This document shows, piece after piece, positions 8,594-17,436 of a stretch of DNA of 64,000 bases. Origin of the DNA: Methylophilaceae bacterium (GTDB taxonomy: Bacteria > Pseudomonadota > Gammaproteobacteria > Burkholderiales > Methylophilaceae). The position numbers and the translations under genes are program-made. The stretch's first letter is position 1. Each line of letters starts with the position of its first letter. A model generated the notes under the pieces. It was given only the letters and a program-made list of their open reading frames with translations, made no database searches and had not been told where the DNA came from. Location of the stretch: the NCBI GenBank assembly GCA_036560445.1, contig DATBRG010000019.1, positions 25,958-89,957 of the forward strand, read 5' to 3'.

Positions 8594-11020
8594 TTATAGT
8601 GTGATGGTTTCGAACTCGGTGTGCTCTGCACGTTTCTCAACGCGCTCGGCCCATGGGTTGACTGCACCCTGCAAGGCGTATAGCAGGCGTTCGTAAGCGG
8701 CTTTGCGGCCTTCTGTATCTTCCAGTACACGTTTCTTCACGTAATCGAGACCCACGCGCTCTATCCAGTGCACGGTACGGTCCAGGTAGCGTGCTTCTTC
8801 ACGGTAGATCTGGATGAAAGCCCCGGAATATTCGAGCACTTCGGCTGAAGTCTTCACTTTGCACAGGAATTGCGCGACTTCGGTTTTGATCCCGCCATTG
8901 CCGCCGACATAGATCTCCCAACCGGAATCAACACCGATGATGCCGACATCCTTGATGCCGGATTCAGCGCAGTTGCGCGGGCAGCCAGAAACGGCGAATT
9001 TAACCTTGTGCGGTGCCCACATGTGGTCGAAGGCTTTCTCAATGTCGATACCCATCTGTGTCGAATCCTGGGTGCCGAAGCGGCAGAATTCGGAGCCGAC
9101 ACAGGTTTTGACAGTGCGGATGCCCTTGGCATAGGCATAGCCGGAAGGCATGTCGAGGTCTTTCCACATGTCGACTAGGTCTTCCTTCTTGACCCCAAGC
9201 AGGTCGATACGCTGGCCGCCAGTGACTTTTACCATAGGCACCGCATACTTATCGGCGACATCGGCGATCTTGCGCAACTGGTCAGGCGTGGTCACGCCAC
9301 CATACATACGCGGAATGACGGAATAGGTACCATCCTTCTGGATGTTGGCATGCACGCGTTCGTTGATGAAGCGTGATTGTGGGTCGTCCACAGCCTCATG
9401 TGGCCAGGTGGAAAGCAGGTAATAGTTGAGGGCTGGACGGCAAGTGGCGCAACCATTTGGTGTGCGCCATTCCATGGTCTTGATGGCATCCGGGATATTG
9501 AGCAGTTTCTTGTCGCGGATAATCTGCCGCACTTCTTCGTGGTTCTTGTCTGTGCAGCCGCATACTGCCTTGCTGGTGGAAGGTGGTGCATAGCCGCCGC
9601 CTAGCGCTGAAGCCAGAATCTGCTCGACCAGGCCGGTGCAACTGCCGCAGCTGGAAGCAGCTTTGGTTTGTTTCTTCACGTCATCAATCGTGAACAAGCC
9701 TTTTTCCTTGATGGCTTTGACAATAGTGCCTTTGCACACGCCGTTGCAGCCGCAGACTTCCATCTCGTCCGTCATGGCGGCAGCTTTGTCCTGGCCTTGG
9801 TGGCCGGTGTTGCCCAGGCTATCCTGGCCGAACATCAAGTGGTCGCGGATTTCGTGGACAGGCTTTTTGTCCCGCAGCAACTGGAAATACCAGGAGCCAT
9901 CGGTTGTATCGCCATAGAGCACGCTGCCGATGATTTTGTCATCTTTAATGATCAGCTTCTTGTAAACACCTCCCACCGCGTCGTGCAAAACTATTTCTTC
10001 GGTATCTTCACCGCCACTGAAGTCACCGGCTGAGAACAGGTCTATGCCTGTTACCTTGAGCTTGGTTGATGTGACAGAGCCGACATAGCGGCCGATACCA
10101 AAGTTGGCTAAGTGCGTTGCGCATACCTTGGCCATTTCAAATAAGGGTGCGACCAGACCGTAAGAGATACCACGGTGGGCCACGCATTCGCCCACGGCAT
10201 AGACACGTGGGTCGTAGGTTTGCATGGTGTCATTGACCACAATGCCGCGATCGCAGTGAATGCCTGCAGATTCTGCCAATGCGTAATTCGGGCGAATACC
10301 GACTGCCATTACGACGAGATCGGCATCAATCTCCTGGCCATCCTTGAAGCGAACCTTGGAAACGCGGCCATCCTTGCCGATGAGTTCTTCAGTGTCTTTT
10401 TGCAGTAAGAACACGAGGCCTTTGGCTTCCAGTGACTTTTGCAGCATTTTGCCTGCGGCTCTATCCAGTTGGCGTTCCAGCAGCCACTCGTTTTTATGAA
10501 CCACGGTGACTTCCATGCCCTGAATTTTGAGGCCGTTAGCGGCTTCCAAGCCAAGCAGGCCGCCACCGATCACAACTGCATGCTTGTGCTTCTTGGCGGT
10601 TTCTATCATGGTGTCGACATCCTTGATATCGCGGAAACCGATCACACCTTCCAAGTCTTTGCCGGGAATAGGCAGCATGAAAGGGGTTGAGCCGGTTGCC
10701 ATCAGGATGCGGTCATACTCTGCCTGGGTGCCATCTTCGGTATAGACGATGCGCCGGGTACGGTCTATCTTGTTGACGCGTTTGCCGGTATGCAGAGTGA
10801 TGTTGTTCTCGGTGTACCATTCGCGGCTGTTGAGAACGATGTCATTAATAGTCTGCTCGCCGGCCAATACCGGCGACAGCATGATACGGTTATAGTTGGG
10901 ATGAGGCTCATCACCAAATACTGTGATGTCGTAAAATTCTGGTGCCATCTTGAGCAGTTCTTCGACTGTTCTCATGCCGGCCATACCATTGCCAATCACT
11001 ACTAGCTTCATTTTTTGCAT
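8594..11020 (-). CDS. nirB: NAD(P)H-dependent nitrite reductase large subunit
   Basis: 808 aa. N-terminal FAD/NAD Rossmann motif (VVIGNGMAG), a central BFD-like CGCNGVC...CGSC cluster, and a C-terminal sirohaem/4Fe-4S nitrite-sulfite reductase domain (CVGSEFCRFG...SGCPRNC). Confidence 0.95.
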   Translation of the reverse strand: MQKMKLVVIGNGMAGMRTVEELLKMAPEFYDITVFGDEPHPNYNRIMLSPVLAGEQTINDIVLNSREWYTENNITLHTGKRVNKIDRTRRIVYTEDGTQAEYDRILMATGSTPFMLPIPGKDLEGVIGFRDIKDVDTMIETAKKHKHAVVIGGGLLGLEAANGLKIQGMEVTVVHKNEWLLERQLDRAAGKMLQKSLEAKGLVFLLQKDTEELIGKDGRVSKVRFKDGQEIDADLVVMAVGIRPNYALAESAGIHCDRGIVVNDTMQTYDPRVYAVGECVAHRGISYGLVAPLFEMAKVCATHLANFGIGRYVGSVTSTKLKVTGIDLFSAGDFSGGEDTEEIVLHDAVGGVYKKLIIKDDKIIGSVLYGDTTDGSWYFQLLRDKKPVHEIRDHLMFGQDSLGNTGHQGQDKAAAMTDEMEVCGCNGVCKGTIVKAIKEKGLFTIDDVKKQTKAASSCGSCTGLVEQILASALGGGYAPPSTSKAVCGCTDKNHEEVRQIIRDKKLLNIPDAIKTMEWRTPNGCATCRPALNYYLLSTWPHEAVDDPQSRFINERVHANIQKDGTYSVIPRMYGGVTTPDQLRKIADVADKYAVPMVKVTGGQRIDLLGVKKEDLVDMWKDLDMPSGYAYAKGIRTVKTCVGSEFCRFGTQDSTQMGIDIEKAFDHMWAPHKVKFAVSGCPRNCAESGIKDVGIIGVDSGWEIYVGGNGGIKTEVAQFLCKVKTSAEVLEYSGAFIQIYREEARYLDRTVHWIERVGLDYVKKRVLEDTEGRKAAYERLLYALQGAVNPWAERVEKRAEHTEFETITL

Positions 11021-11076
11021 AACATTTCTCCTCTTACTTCTTCAAATTCTATTGTTCAGAACACATGTGCCCTGAA

Positions 11077-11826
11077 CTAGGCAGCGACTGCCAGTGCATC
11101 CGCCAGATTGGCGCTATGCGCCAGGCGGACTACTTCACCAATTACGACGATGGTTGGGCTGCTCAGGCCTTCTTGTTGTATTGCCATCGGTAACATGTTT
11201 AATGGGCTGATGACTTGCCTCTGCTCGGGCAAAGTGCCTTGCTGTATGGCGGCTGCAGGCATGTCGCCTGGTACACCGGCAGCCAGCAGCTCGTTGACGA
11301 TTGATGCGATATGTCGCATACCCATGTAGATCACCAAGGTAGTGCCGCCATCAACCAGCGCTTTCCAGTTAGGACTGTCGCCATCTTGCGTATGGCCGGT
11401 GATAAAGCTTACGCCATGCGTGAATTCACGGTGTGTGACAGGGATGCCAATGATGGCTGGCGCAGCGATGCCGCTGGTGACTCCGGGGATGACTTCAACC
11501 GTGACACCAGCTGCTTTCAAGGCCAGCATCTCTTCACCACCACGGCCAAATATGAAGGGGTCGCCACCCTTGAGTCTGGCGATAGTCTGGCCTTGCTCGG
11601 CCAGCGATAACATAAGCCGGTTGATGAAATGCTGAGGCGTGGATTTACAGCCGCCACGCTTGCCGACTTCAACTACACGTGCCTGTGGAGCATGCAGCAG
11701 AATATCGCGGTTGACCAGGTCGTCAATCAATACCACGTCTGCTGCCTGCAAAGCGCGAACTGCTTTAAGCGTGAGTAACTCGGGATCACCTGGTCCTGCG
11801 CCTATCAAAAAAACCTTAGCTGTCAT
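11077..11826 (-). CDS. cobA: Uroporphyrinogen-III C-methyltransferase (sirohaem branch)
   Basis: VFLIGAGPGDPELLTLKA signature. Start moved to MTAKVFL (CAT at 11824-11826) with AGGAA upstream. The longer track ORF begins at 11865. Confidence 0.85.
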   Translation of the reverse strand: MTAKVFLIGAGPGDPELLTLKAVRALQAADVVLIDDLVNRDILLHAPQARVVEVGKRGGCKSTPQHFINRLMLSLAEQGQTIARLKGGDPFIFGRGGEEMLALKAAGVTVEVIPGVTSGIAAPAIIGIPVTHREFTHGVSFITGHTQDGDSPNWKALVDGGTTLVIYMGMRHIASIVNELLAAGVPGDMPAAAIQQGTLPEQRQVISPLNMLPMAIQQEGLSSPTIVVIGEVVRLAHSANLADALAVAA

Positions 11827-11860
11827 TTTGGTGCTATTCCTATTCAATCCGCCATTGCAT

Positions 11861-11877
11861 TGCAATTGCCGTGCCAG
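11861..11877 (-). promoter_or_regulatory. sigma54 (-24/-12) promoter of the cobA-nirB-narK-kinase-nirD-nasA operon
   Basis: The minus strand reads CTGGCACGGCAATTGCA, a full match to TGGCACG-N4-TTGC. It lies about 35 nt upstream of the cobA ATG. Confidence 0.7.
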
Positions 11878-11948
11878 TAAAAATTACCTGCATATACAGT
11901 TAGTTAAAACTCTCTCCAAGTTAGCCTACTAAAATGTCGCCACTATAA

Positions 11949-11987
11949 AGTGCATATGCACCATGCCGCGCATCGACATGGTGCGTA
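11949..11987. promoter_or_regulatory. Candidate enhancer (NtrC-like) site: inverted TGCACCA / TGGTGCG half-sites
   Basis: GTGCATATGCACCATGccgcgcatcgaCATGGTGCGTATC. The half-site is identical to the enterobacterial NtrC half-site TGCACCA. It lies about 75-110 nt upstream of the sigma54 element. Confidence 0.45.
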
Positions 11988-12014
11988 TCAACTCATCCCT
12001 TATTCATGACTGAA

Positions 12015-13406
12015 TCAGAATGTGTACATTGCTGTCAGCCATAGTTTTTCGGTATCACGGAAGTTCCCTGACTTAGCCGTTGGAGTTGCTTTGTAAGGGT
12101 CGTCTTCCGTGAATTTGCCGTACTCGATCTTGGTGGTGATATTTTTGTTTACAGCATACGCGCCAGATACGTTCCACTCCTTGCCGTATGAGTCACTTTT
12201 GCCGCCGCCAACCTTGTTGAAGTCTTCATCTGACTTCAGGATGTGGTAATCAGCAAAGAAACTGAAATCGCCGATTTTGTAGGTGGCCGTTACGAAACTG
12301 TCTTCAATACCTTGTTTGGGGGTAACCAGGAATTTGTCTACCCAGCCCTGAAACAGGTGGTTAGTCCCAAATGGTGTCTGGAAGCCATAAGTTCCGTTGT
12401 TACTGGAAAGCAGTTCCTGATCTACGCGTAGGCCAAAGTTACCGTAAGAGGCACCGCCACCGACCTTGTAGTAATGCGCATCGATACGGCTATCACCATC
12501 GCGATAATTATCCTGCTTGGCATATTCGGCGGTGTACATGGCTTTCCAATCGTCGGTCAGCTTGTGCACACCATCCAGGCGCAGGCCCAGAATCTGGTTG
12601 GATTGGTCAGCTTTGGCATTGGCTGGTACGGTGTTGCCAAACCAGGCCAGGCCGAAACCTAGATCACTGATGCTTGAAAAGTAGCCATAACCGGTAATGG
12701 ACTCGGTAGGTGAGAGGCGGTATTTAAGGTTGGCGATTTCCAGGCTGCCGTCATAACGCATACGGGTATTGATTTGTTTGACGCTTTCGATATGCCCCAG
12801 GAAAACTTCGGTATCCGGGATGGATTTGTTGAGTACGGTAACACCATCAAACACCTGCATTACTTGCCTGAAGCCAATGTCGCCAATGAAGCGCACGTTA
12901 TCAAGATTAATCTGCTGACGGCCTACGCGTAATCTGGTGTTCTTGATGCCGGTCCAATCAACAAAAAGCTGATTGATGTCGGTATCATCAGGGTCAACGA
13001 TCTTGGCGTATTGGGTATGCCCAGGTTGATTAGACAAGGCGTTGATAGTTTTTGCGTTGGTACTATCGTTATAGTCGTCGTCTAGCTTGGTGACATTAAT
13101 CAACTGCGCAGCAAAGCTAAGGTTGTGGAACGGTGCAGTTTGCCAGCCAACCAGGCTGCGCAAGGTCCACGCCTTGCCATCCTCTAATGGTTTGGTAGCA
13201 GAAGGCGTACCTGCAGGGCCATTGCCGTCTTGTTGCACATCTTCGTAGCGAAGTCTAAAGCTGGTCATGTTTTTCCCGGCCTTGATGGCGTCCAATAACG
13301 TGTAGTCGGGCGCTGTTGTTTCTTCGGCTTGTGCAAGGCTTGCTGCACTGGTAATTGCCAGCGCAACAAGCACTTGACGCAGTTTGAATCCGGTATTACT
13401 TTGCAT
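12015..13406 (-). CDS. Outer-membrane beta-barrel porin (alginate-export-like family?) inside the nitrate cluster
   Basis: 463 aa with signal peptide ALAITSAASLAQA/EE, alternating amphipathic strands, an aromatic-rich sequence, and the C-terminal ...WLTAMYTF (terminal Phe) typical of OMPs. Confidence 0.7.
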   Translation of the reverse strand: MQSNTGFKLRQVLVALAITSAASLAQAEETTAPDYTLLDAIKAGKNMTSFRLRYEDVQQDGNGPAGTPSATKPLEDGKAWTLRSLVGWQTAPFHNLSFAAQLINVTKLDDDYNDSTNAKTINALSNQPGHTQYAKIVDPDDTDINQLFVDWTGIKNTRLRVGRQQINLDNVRFIGDIGFRQVMQVFDGVTVLNKSIPDTEVFLGHIESVKQINTRMRYDGSLEIANLKYRLSPTESITGYGYFSSISDLGFGLAWFGNTVPANAKADQSNQILGLRLDGVHKLTDDWKAMYTAEYAKQDNYRDGDSRIDAHYYKVGGGASYGNFGLRVDQELLSSNNGTYGFQTPFGTNHLFQGWVDKFLVTPKQGIEDSFVTATYKIGDFSFFADYHILKSDEDFNKVGGGKSDSYGKEWNVSGAYAVNKNITTKIEYGKFTEDDPYKATPTAKSGNFRDTEKLWLTAMYTF

Positions 13407-13493
13407 AGTGTTGCTCCTTATTAAATCGAGTAAGAGTGACGAGTGCTTTGAGCACGGGGGCCTGTCCTGACCGACAGGCCTTTTTCTTTGTTG

Positions 13494-14285
13494 CTAAGCT
13501 GCTTTTTTCGCATGACGTTCATACAAAAACTTGAGGACTTCACTGCGTAAATGGTTGTATCTACCATCCTCAGCCAACTCCAGGCGTTTACGCGGACGTG
13601 GCAGGTCTACTTCGAGAATTTCACCAACCGCAGCTGCCGGGCCATTGGTCATCATGACGATGCGGTCGGACAGCAGCACCGCTTCATCTACATCGTGTGT
13701 CACCATCACTGTCGTGCAGCCGGATTTCGCCATGATGCGCATGAGTTCGTCCTGCAGGTTGGCGCGGGTAAGCGCATCTAGTGCACCGAATGGCTCATCC
13801 AGTAACAGCACCTTGGGCTCCATGGCCAGCGCACGGGCGATACCCACACGCTGTTTCATGCCACCAGAGATTTCATTGGGGCGCTTATCCGTGGCATGGG
13901 TGAGGCCAACTAGCTCAAGCGCTGCACTGGTTCTTTTGCTCATTTGCTGTTTGCTCTCGGTATCGGCAAATACACGCTCAACTGCGAGGTAAACATTCTC
14001 GAAACAGCTGAGCCATGGCAGTAGGCAGTGGTTCTGGAATACCACGGCCCGTTCCGGGCCAGGCCCACCAATTTCACGGCCGGCACAGAACAGCAGGCCG
14101 TCTGTGGGTTTGAGCAAGCCGGCGATCAGGCTAAGTACAGTTGATTTGCCGCAACCTGAATGGCCAATGATGGATACGAACTCACCTTCCTTGATGCCGA
14201 GGTTGATGCCACGTAAAGCTTCGAAGCTGCCTTTATTGGTGGTGAAACGCATGTTCACGTTTTCCAGTTGTACGTACTTTTCCAT
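13494..14285 (-). CDS. ABC transporter ATP-binding protein, nitrate/sulfonate/bicarbonate (NrtD/CmpD-like) family
   Basis: Walker A GHSGCGKST, signature LSGGMKQRV, Walker B LLLDEPF. Start moved to MEKYVQLENV (14285) with AAGGAAG upstream. The track start 14321 would overlap the permease gene. Confidence 0.85.
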   Translation of the reverse strand: MEKYVQLENVNMRFTTNKGSFEALRGINLGIKEGEFVSIIGHSGCGKSTVLSLIAGLLKPTDGLLFCAGREIGGPGPERAVVFQNHCLLPWLSCFENVYLAVERVFADTESKQQMSKRTSAALELVGLTHATDKRPNEISGGMKQRVGIARALAMEPKVLLLDEPFGALDALTRANLQDELMRIMAKSGCTTVMVTHDVDEAVLLSDRIVMMTNGPAAAVGEILEVDLPRPRKRLELAEDGRYNHLRSEVLKFLYERHAKKAA

Positions 14286-14295
14286 GTCGGCTTCC

Positions 14296-15237
14296 TTATT
14301 CGTAGTTGAAACGTTTAGCAATCAACAACAGCGCCTGTTCCAGCAGCAAACCGACGATGCCGACGACGACGATAGCAATGATGATGTGCTCTACATTCAG
14401 GTTGTTCCACTCATCCCATACCCAGAAGCCCAGGCCTACCCCGCCTGTCAGCATCTCGGCAGCGACGATCACGAGCCAGGCAACACCGATGGAAAGGCGC
14501 ACGCCAGTCATCATGTAAGGCAGTACCGAAGGGAATAGGATCTTGGTGAAAATCTTCCATTCCGACAGGTTCAGCACGCGTGCCACATTCATATAGTCCT
14601 GCGGTACTTTGGCGACTCCGGCAGCAGTATTGATGATCATGGGCCAGATGGCCGAGATGAAAATGACCCAGATCGCTGCCGGATTAGCTGCTTTGAAAAC
14701 CAGCAGGCCGATCGGTAACCATGCCAGGGGTGAAACCGGCCGTAACAGGCTGATGATGGGCGCAGCCATGCGTGACAGGAACTCGAAGCGGCCAATCATG
14801 AAGCCCATGGGGATGCCAATCAGAGCTGCCAGGCCAAAGCCCAGACCAACACGCTTGAGCGAGTTGAGTATGTTCCAGCCTATGCCTTGGTCATTCGGGC
14901 CATTGCTGTAGAACGGGTCGCTAAATACCACTACCGCAGACTTAAAAGTCGATATCGGCCCTGGCAGGCCTTTGGCTTGGTAGGAGAGCAAAGTCCAGAC
15001 AGCGAGCAGTAGGAGCAGGCCGAACAATGGCGGTAGTAGCCATTCAAAGAAGCTGCGCACTTGCAGGGCAAGGCTTCCAGTCTTGGCTGCTGGAGCTGTA
15101 GCGTCTTTCGCTACCAGAACCGGCGCTGGGGCAGGCGTTAATACCGATTCATTGGCGGCGACGGCGCTGATATTTTGCTTGCTGCTAACAGATCCAAGAT
15201 TTTCTTTACTCATGGTGATTGCACTCATAATGGCCAT
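14296..15237 (-). CDS. nrtB: ABC transporter permease (NrtB-like)
   Basis: 313 aa, multi-TM binding-protein-dependent transport permease. Located between the NrtA-like and ATPase genes. Confidence 0.8.
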   Translation of the reverse strand: MAIMSAITMSKENLGSVSSKQNISAVAANESVLTPAPAPVLVAKDATAPAAKTGSLALQVRSFFEWLLPPLFGLLLLLAVWTLLSYQAKGLPGPISTFKSAVVVFSDPFYSNGPNDQGIGWNILNSLKRVGLGFGLAALIGIPMGFMIGRFEFLSRMAAPIISLLRPVSPLAWLPIGLLVFKAANPAAIWVIFISAIWPMIINTAAGVAKVPQDYMNVARVLNLSEWKIFTKILFPSVLPYMMTGVRLSIGVAWLVIVAAEMLTGGVGLGFWVWDEWNNLNVEHIIIAIVVVGIVGLLLEQALLLIAKRFNYE

Positions 15238-15239
15238 CC

Positions 15240-16556
15240 TTAAGCACGGATCTTGAAGCTGGCGGCATAGGCTTTAGGGTCTTTGCCATCCCAAGCCACT
15301 CCATCTATGAGTTTGCTTGGGCGCATAGGGTCTTTCGGTACGCTGATACCCATTGCAGTGGCGGCTTCTGTATAGAGGTCAATGCGGTTGACCTTTTTGG
15401 CGACCGCGAGATAGTCCGGGTCAGTCTTGAGCAGACCCCAGCGCTTATGTTGCGTAAGGAACCACATGCCATCTGACAGGTAAGGGAAGTTGACCTTGCC
15501 GTCTTCGAAGAACTTCATGTAGTTAGGGTCTTCCCATTTCTTGCCGACACCATTGTCGTAATGGCCGAGGAAGCGGCCTTCGATCACTTCTTCCGGGGCA
15601 TTCACATAGGCTTTGCCCGAGATTAGCTTGGCCACCTTGGGGCGGTTGGCGGTGTTATCGATATAACGGCAGGCTTCGAGAACAGCCATGATCATGGCGC
15701 GTGCGGTGTTCGGATTCTTGGCGACAAACTCCGCCGTGGTGCCCAAAACCTTTTCTGGATGGTCAACCCAGATGTCCTGGCTGGTGGCGACGGTAAAGCC
15801 GATCTTGTCGTAAATGGCACGTGCACCCCAAGGCTCGCCTACGCAGAAGCCATCCATATTGCCGATACGCATATTGGCTACCATCTGCGGTGGTGGGACG
15901 ACAATGGTCTTGACGTCGCTCATAGGGTTGATGCCATTTGCAGCCAGCCAGTAGTAAAGCCACATGGCGTGGGTTCCGGTAGGGAATGTCTGGGCAAAGG
16001 TATAGTCACGATTTTCGTTATCAAGCAGGCGTTTCAAAGTGTGCCCGTCAGAGACACCTTTTTCTTTGAGCTGGCTGGATAAAGTGATGGCTTGGCCGTT
16101 ATGGTTGAGGCTCATCAGTGCAGCCATATCTTTCTGCTGGCCGCCTATGCCCATTTGTACGCCATAAACCAGACCATAGAGCACATGCGCAGCGTGCAAT
16201 TCACCGTTCACTACCTTATCGCGTACCCCTGCCCATGAAGCTTCTTTTGACGGGGTGATCTTGATGCCATATTTCTGGTCGAAACCCATTTCTGCGGCGA
16301 CTACGATAGGCGCGCAATCAGTTAACGGGATGAAGCCTATTTTTACTTCCTTGATTTCGGGCGCATCAGAGCCAGCAGCCCAAGCGCTGCTGCGAATTTT
16401 TTCTGGAACGATTCCTAGCATGGCGGCTGCACCCATGGCCCCGGCACCCATCATGCTGGCGCGGAAAAAGTTACGACGGCTACTGTTTACAGGGCTAACA
16501 CCGGCCTCGCTGATGGCGATTGGGTTTTCGCGGTTTTTCTTGCTCACTATGCTCAT
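15240..16556 (-). CDS. nrtA: Periplasmic nitrate-binding protein of ABC transporter (NrtA-like), Tat-exported
   Basis: 438 aa with twin-arginine leader SRRNFFRASMMGAGAMGAAAML and an NMT1/NrtA-like body. AGGAG lies 7 nt upstream of the ATG. Confidence 0.85.
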   Translation of the reverse strand: MSIVSKKNRENPIAISEAGVSPVNSSRRNFFRASMMGAGAMGAAAMLGIVPEKIRSSAWAAGSDAPEIKEVKIGFIPLTDCAPIVVAAEMGFDQKYGIKITPSKEASWAGVRDKVVNGELHAAHVLYGLVYGVQMGIGGQQKDMAALMSLNHNGQAITLSSQLKEKGVSDGHTLKRLLDNENRDYTFAQTFPTGTHAMWLYYWLAANGINPMSDVKTIVVPPPQMVANMRIGNMDGFCVGEPWGARAIYDKIGFTVATSQDIWVDHPEKVLGTTAEFVAKNPNTARAMIMAVLEACRYIDNTANRPKVAKLISGKAYVNAPEEVIEGRFLGHYDNGVGKKWEDPNYMKFFEDGKVNFPYLSDGMWFLTQHKRWGLLKTDPDYLAVAKKVNRIDLYTEAATAMGISVPKDPMRPSKLIDGVAWDGKDPKAYAASFKIRA

Positions 16557-16582
16557 CTAAATCTCCTGGCAAACTGCACAAA

Positions 16583-16642
16583 TAAAAAAGGCGTCCTGCG
16601 GGTGAATTAATCCTGAGATTAACCACTAGCAAGGACGCCTTT
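16583..16642 (-). terminator. Intrinsic terminator in the nasT-nrtA leader (conditional, antitermination target)
   Basis: Minus-strand RNA: AAAGGCGUCCUUGC...(inner UUAAUC/GAUUAA pairing)...GCAGGACGCCUUUUUUAUUU. A 13-bp GC-rich stem with one bulge is followed by a U6 tract, about 25 nt before the nrtA RBS. Confidence 0.75.
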
Positions 16643-16665
16643 GTCCGGTGAGCCGTCGATGGCTC
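16633..16665 (-). promoter_or_regulatory. ANTAR-type dual hexaloop hairpin (NasT RNA target / antiterminator)
   Basis: Minus-strand RNA: U-GAGCC-AUCGAC-GGCUC-A cc GGAC-AAAGGC-GUCC. Both loops are 6 nt with A at position 1 and G at position 4, matching the ANTAR target rule. The 3' half of hairpin 2 is the 5' arm of the terminator. Confidence 0.7.
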
Positions 16666-16723
16666 AATATCACTTATTGCTACACTGCATCCCATCGTTG
16701 GGTCGCAGTTTTATTCAAACCTA

Positions 16724-17299
16724 CTAGAGCAACAGTTTTGCTGCTTGTACTACTTGTTCGGCCAGTGTGGCCAAACGTATATTCTGTTTCATCGCCATGT
16801 TCCTGAGCATCGCATAAGCAGTATCTTCATCGACACCACGCTGCTTCATTAGCAGGCCCTTGGCTTTCTCTATCACCTTGCGCTCGCTGAGTTTGGTATT
16901 AGCCTCATTAAGCTCGTTGCGCAAAGCCTTAAATTCTTCGAAGCGCGCAATCGCCGCTTCCATGATGGGTTTCAGCCGTTCATTCGGCAACCCACCTACT
17001 ACATAAGCACTGACTCCGGCTCGTGTCGCAGACCTGATCTTTTCGCTATCGCCATCATGCGTAAACATCACGATAGGCCTGGGGGCGTTTTGTCCCATCA
17101 CAATCAGGTGTTCCAGCGTATCCCGGCTGGGTGACTCAGTATCGATAATCACCACATCTGGCATCAGCCTGCTGACCGCTTCATCTAAGTTGGCTGTATC
17201 CGTGAGGTGAGCAATCACCTCGTAGCCAGCTTCAGTAAGCGACTGCGTCAGCGGAGCTGTGCGCTCCAAGTGATTATCAACTAACATGACTCGGAGCAT
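16724..17299 (-). CDS. nasT: Response-regulator receiver + ANTAR RNA-binding antiterminator
   Basis: 191 aa. REC domain (VVIIDTESP Asp present) followed by an ANTAR helix bundle (KVIEKAKGLLMKQRGVDEDTAYAMLRNMAMKQNIRL). Confidence 0.9.
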   Translation of the reverse strand: MLRVMLVDNHLERTAPLTQSLTEAGYEVIAHLTDTANLDEAVSRLMPDVVIIDTESPSRDTLEHLIVMGQNAPRPIVMFTHDGDSEKIRSATRAGVSAYVVGGLPNERLKPIMEAAIARFEEFKALRNELNEANTKLSERKVIEKAKGLLMKQRGVDEDTAYAMLRNMAMKQNIRLATLAEQVVQAAKLLL

Positions 17300-17336
17300 T
17301 GCCGACCTAAATTTTTGTTACTCGGAACAGCTATAA

Positions 17337-17351
17337 GCAATGGCCGTGCCA
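17337..17351 (-). promoter_or_regulatory. sigma54 (-24/-12) promoter of nasT (and probably the downstream nrt genes)
   Basis: The minus strand reads TGGCACGGCCATTGC, an exact match to TGGCACG-N4-TTGC. It lies about 38 nt upstream of the nasT ATG. Confidence 0.7.
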
Positions 17352-17436
17352 ACTCCTATATTTATATGCTATTTTTATGGTCAGACAAGGAGTTAGGGAA
17401 ATTGCTCAGGAGGCAAGGGTGAATGGTGAAGCAACT

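Noticed and set aside
13459-13490. Strong hairpin GGCCTGTC-ctgacc-GACAGGCC between the nrt ATPase gene and the porin gene
   Set aside because: The T-run follows it on the plus strand, which is antisense to the operon. On the sense RNA it has no U-tract, and its hexaloop (GGUCAG) does not fit the ANTAR rule. It is probably an mRNA-stability or processing hairpin, or a terminator for antisense transcription, so I did not call it as a feature.
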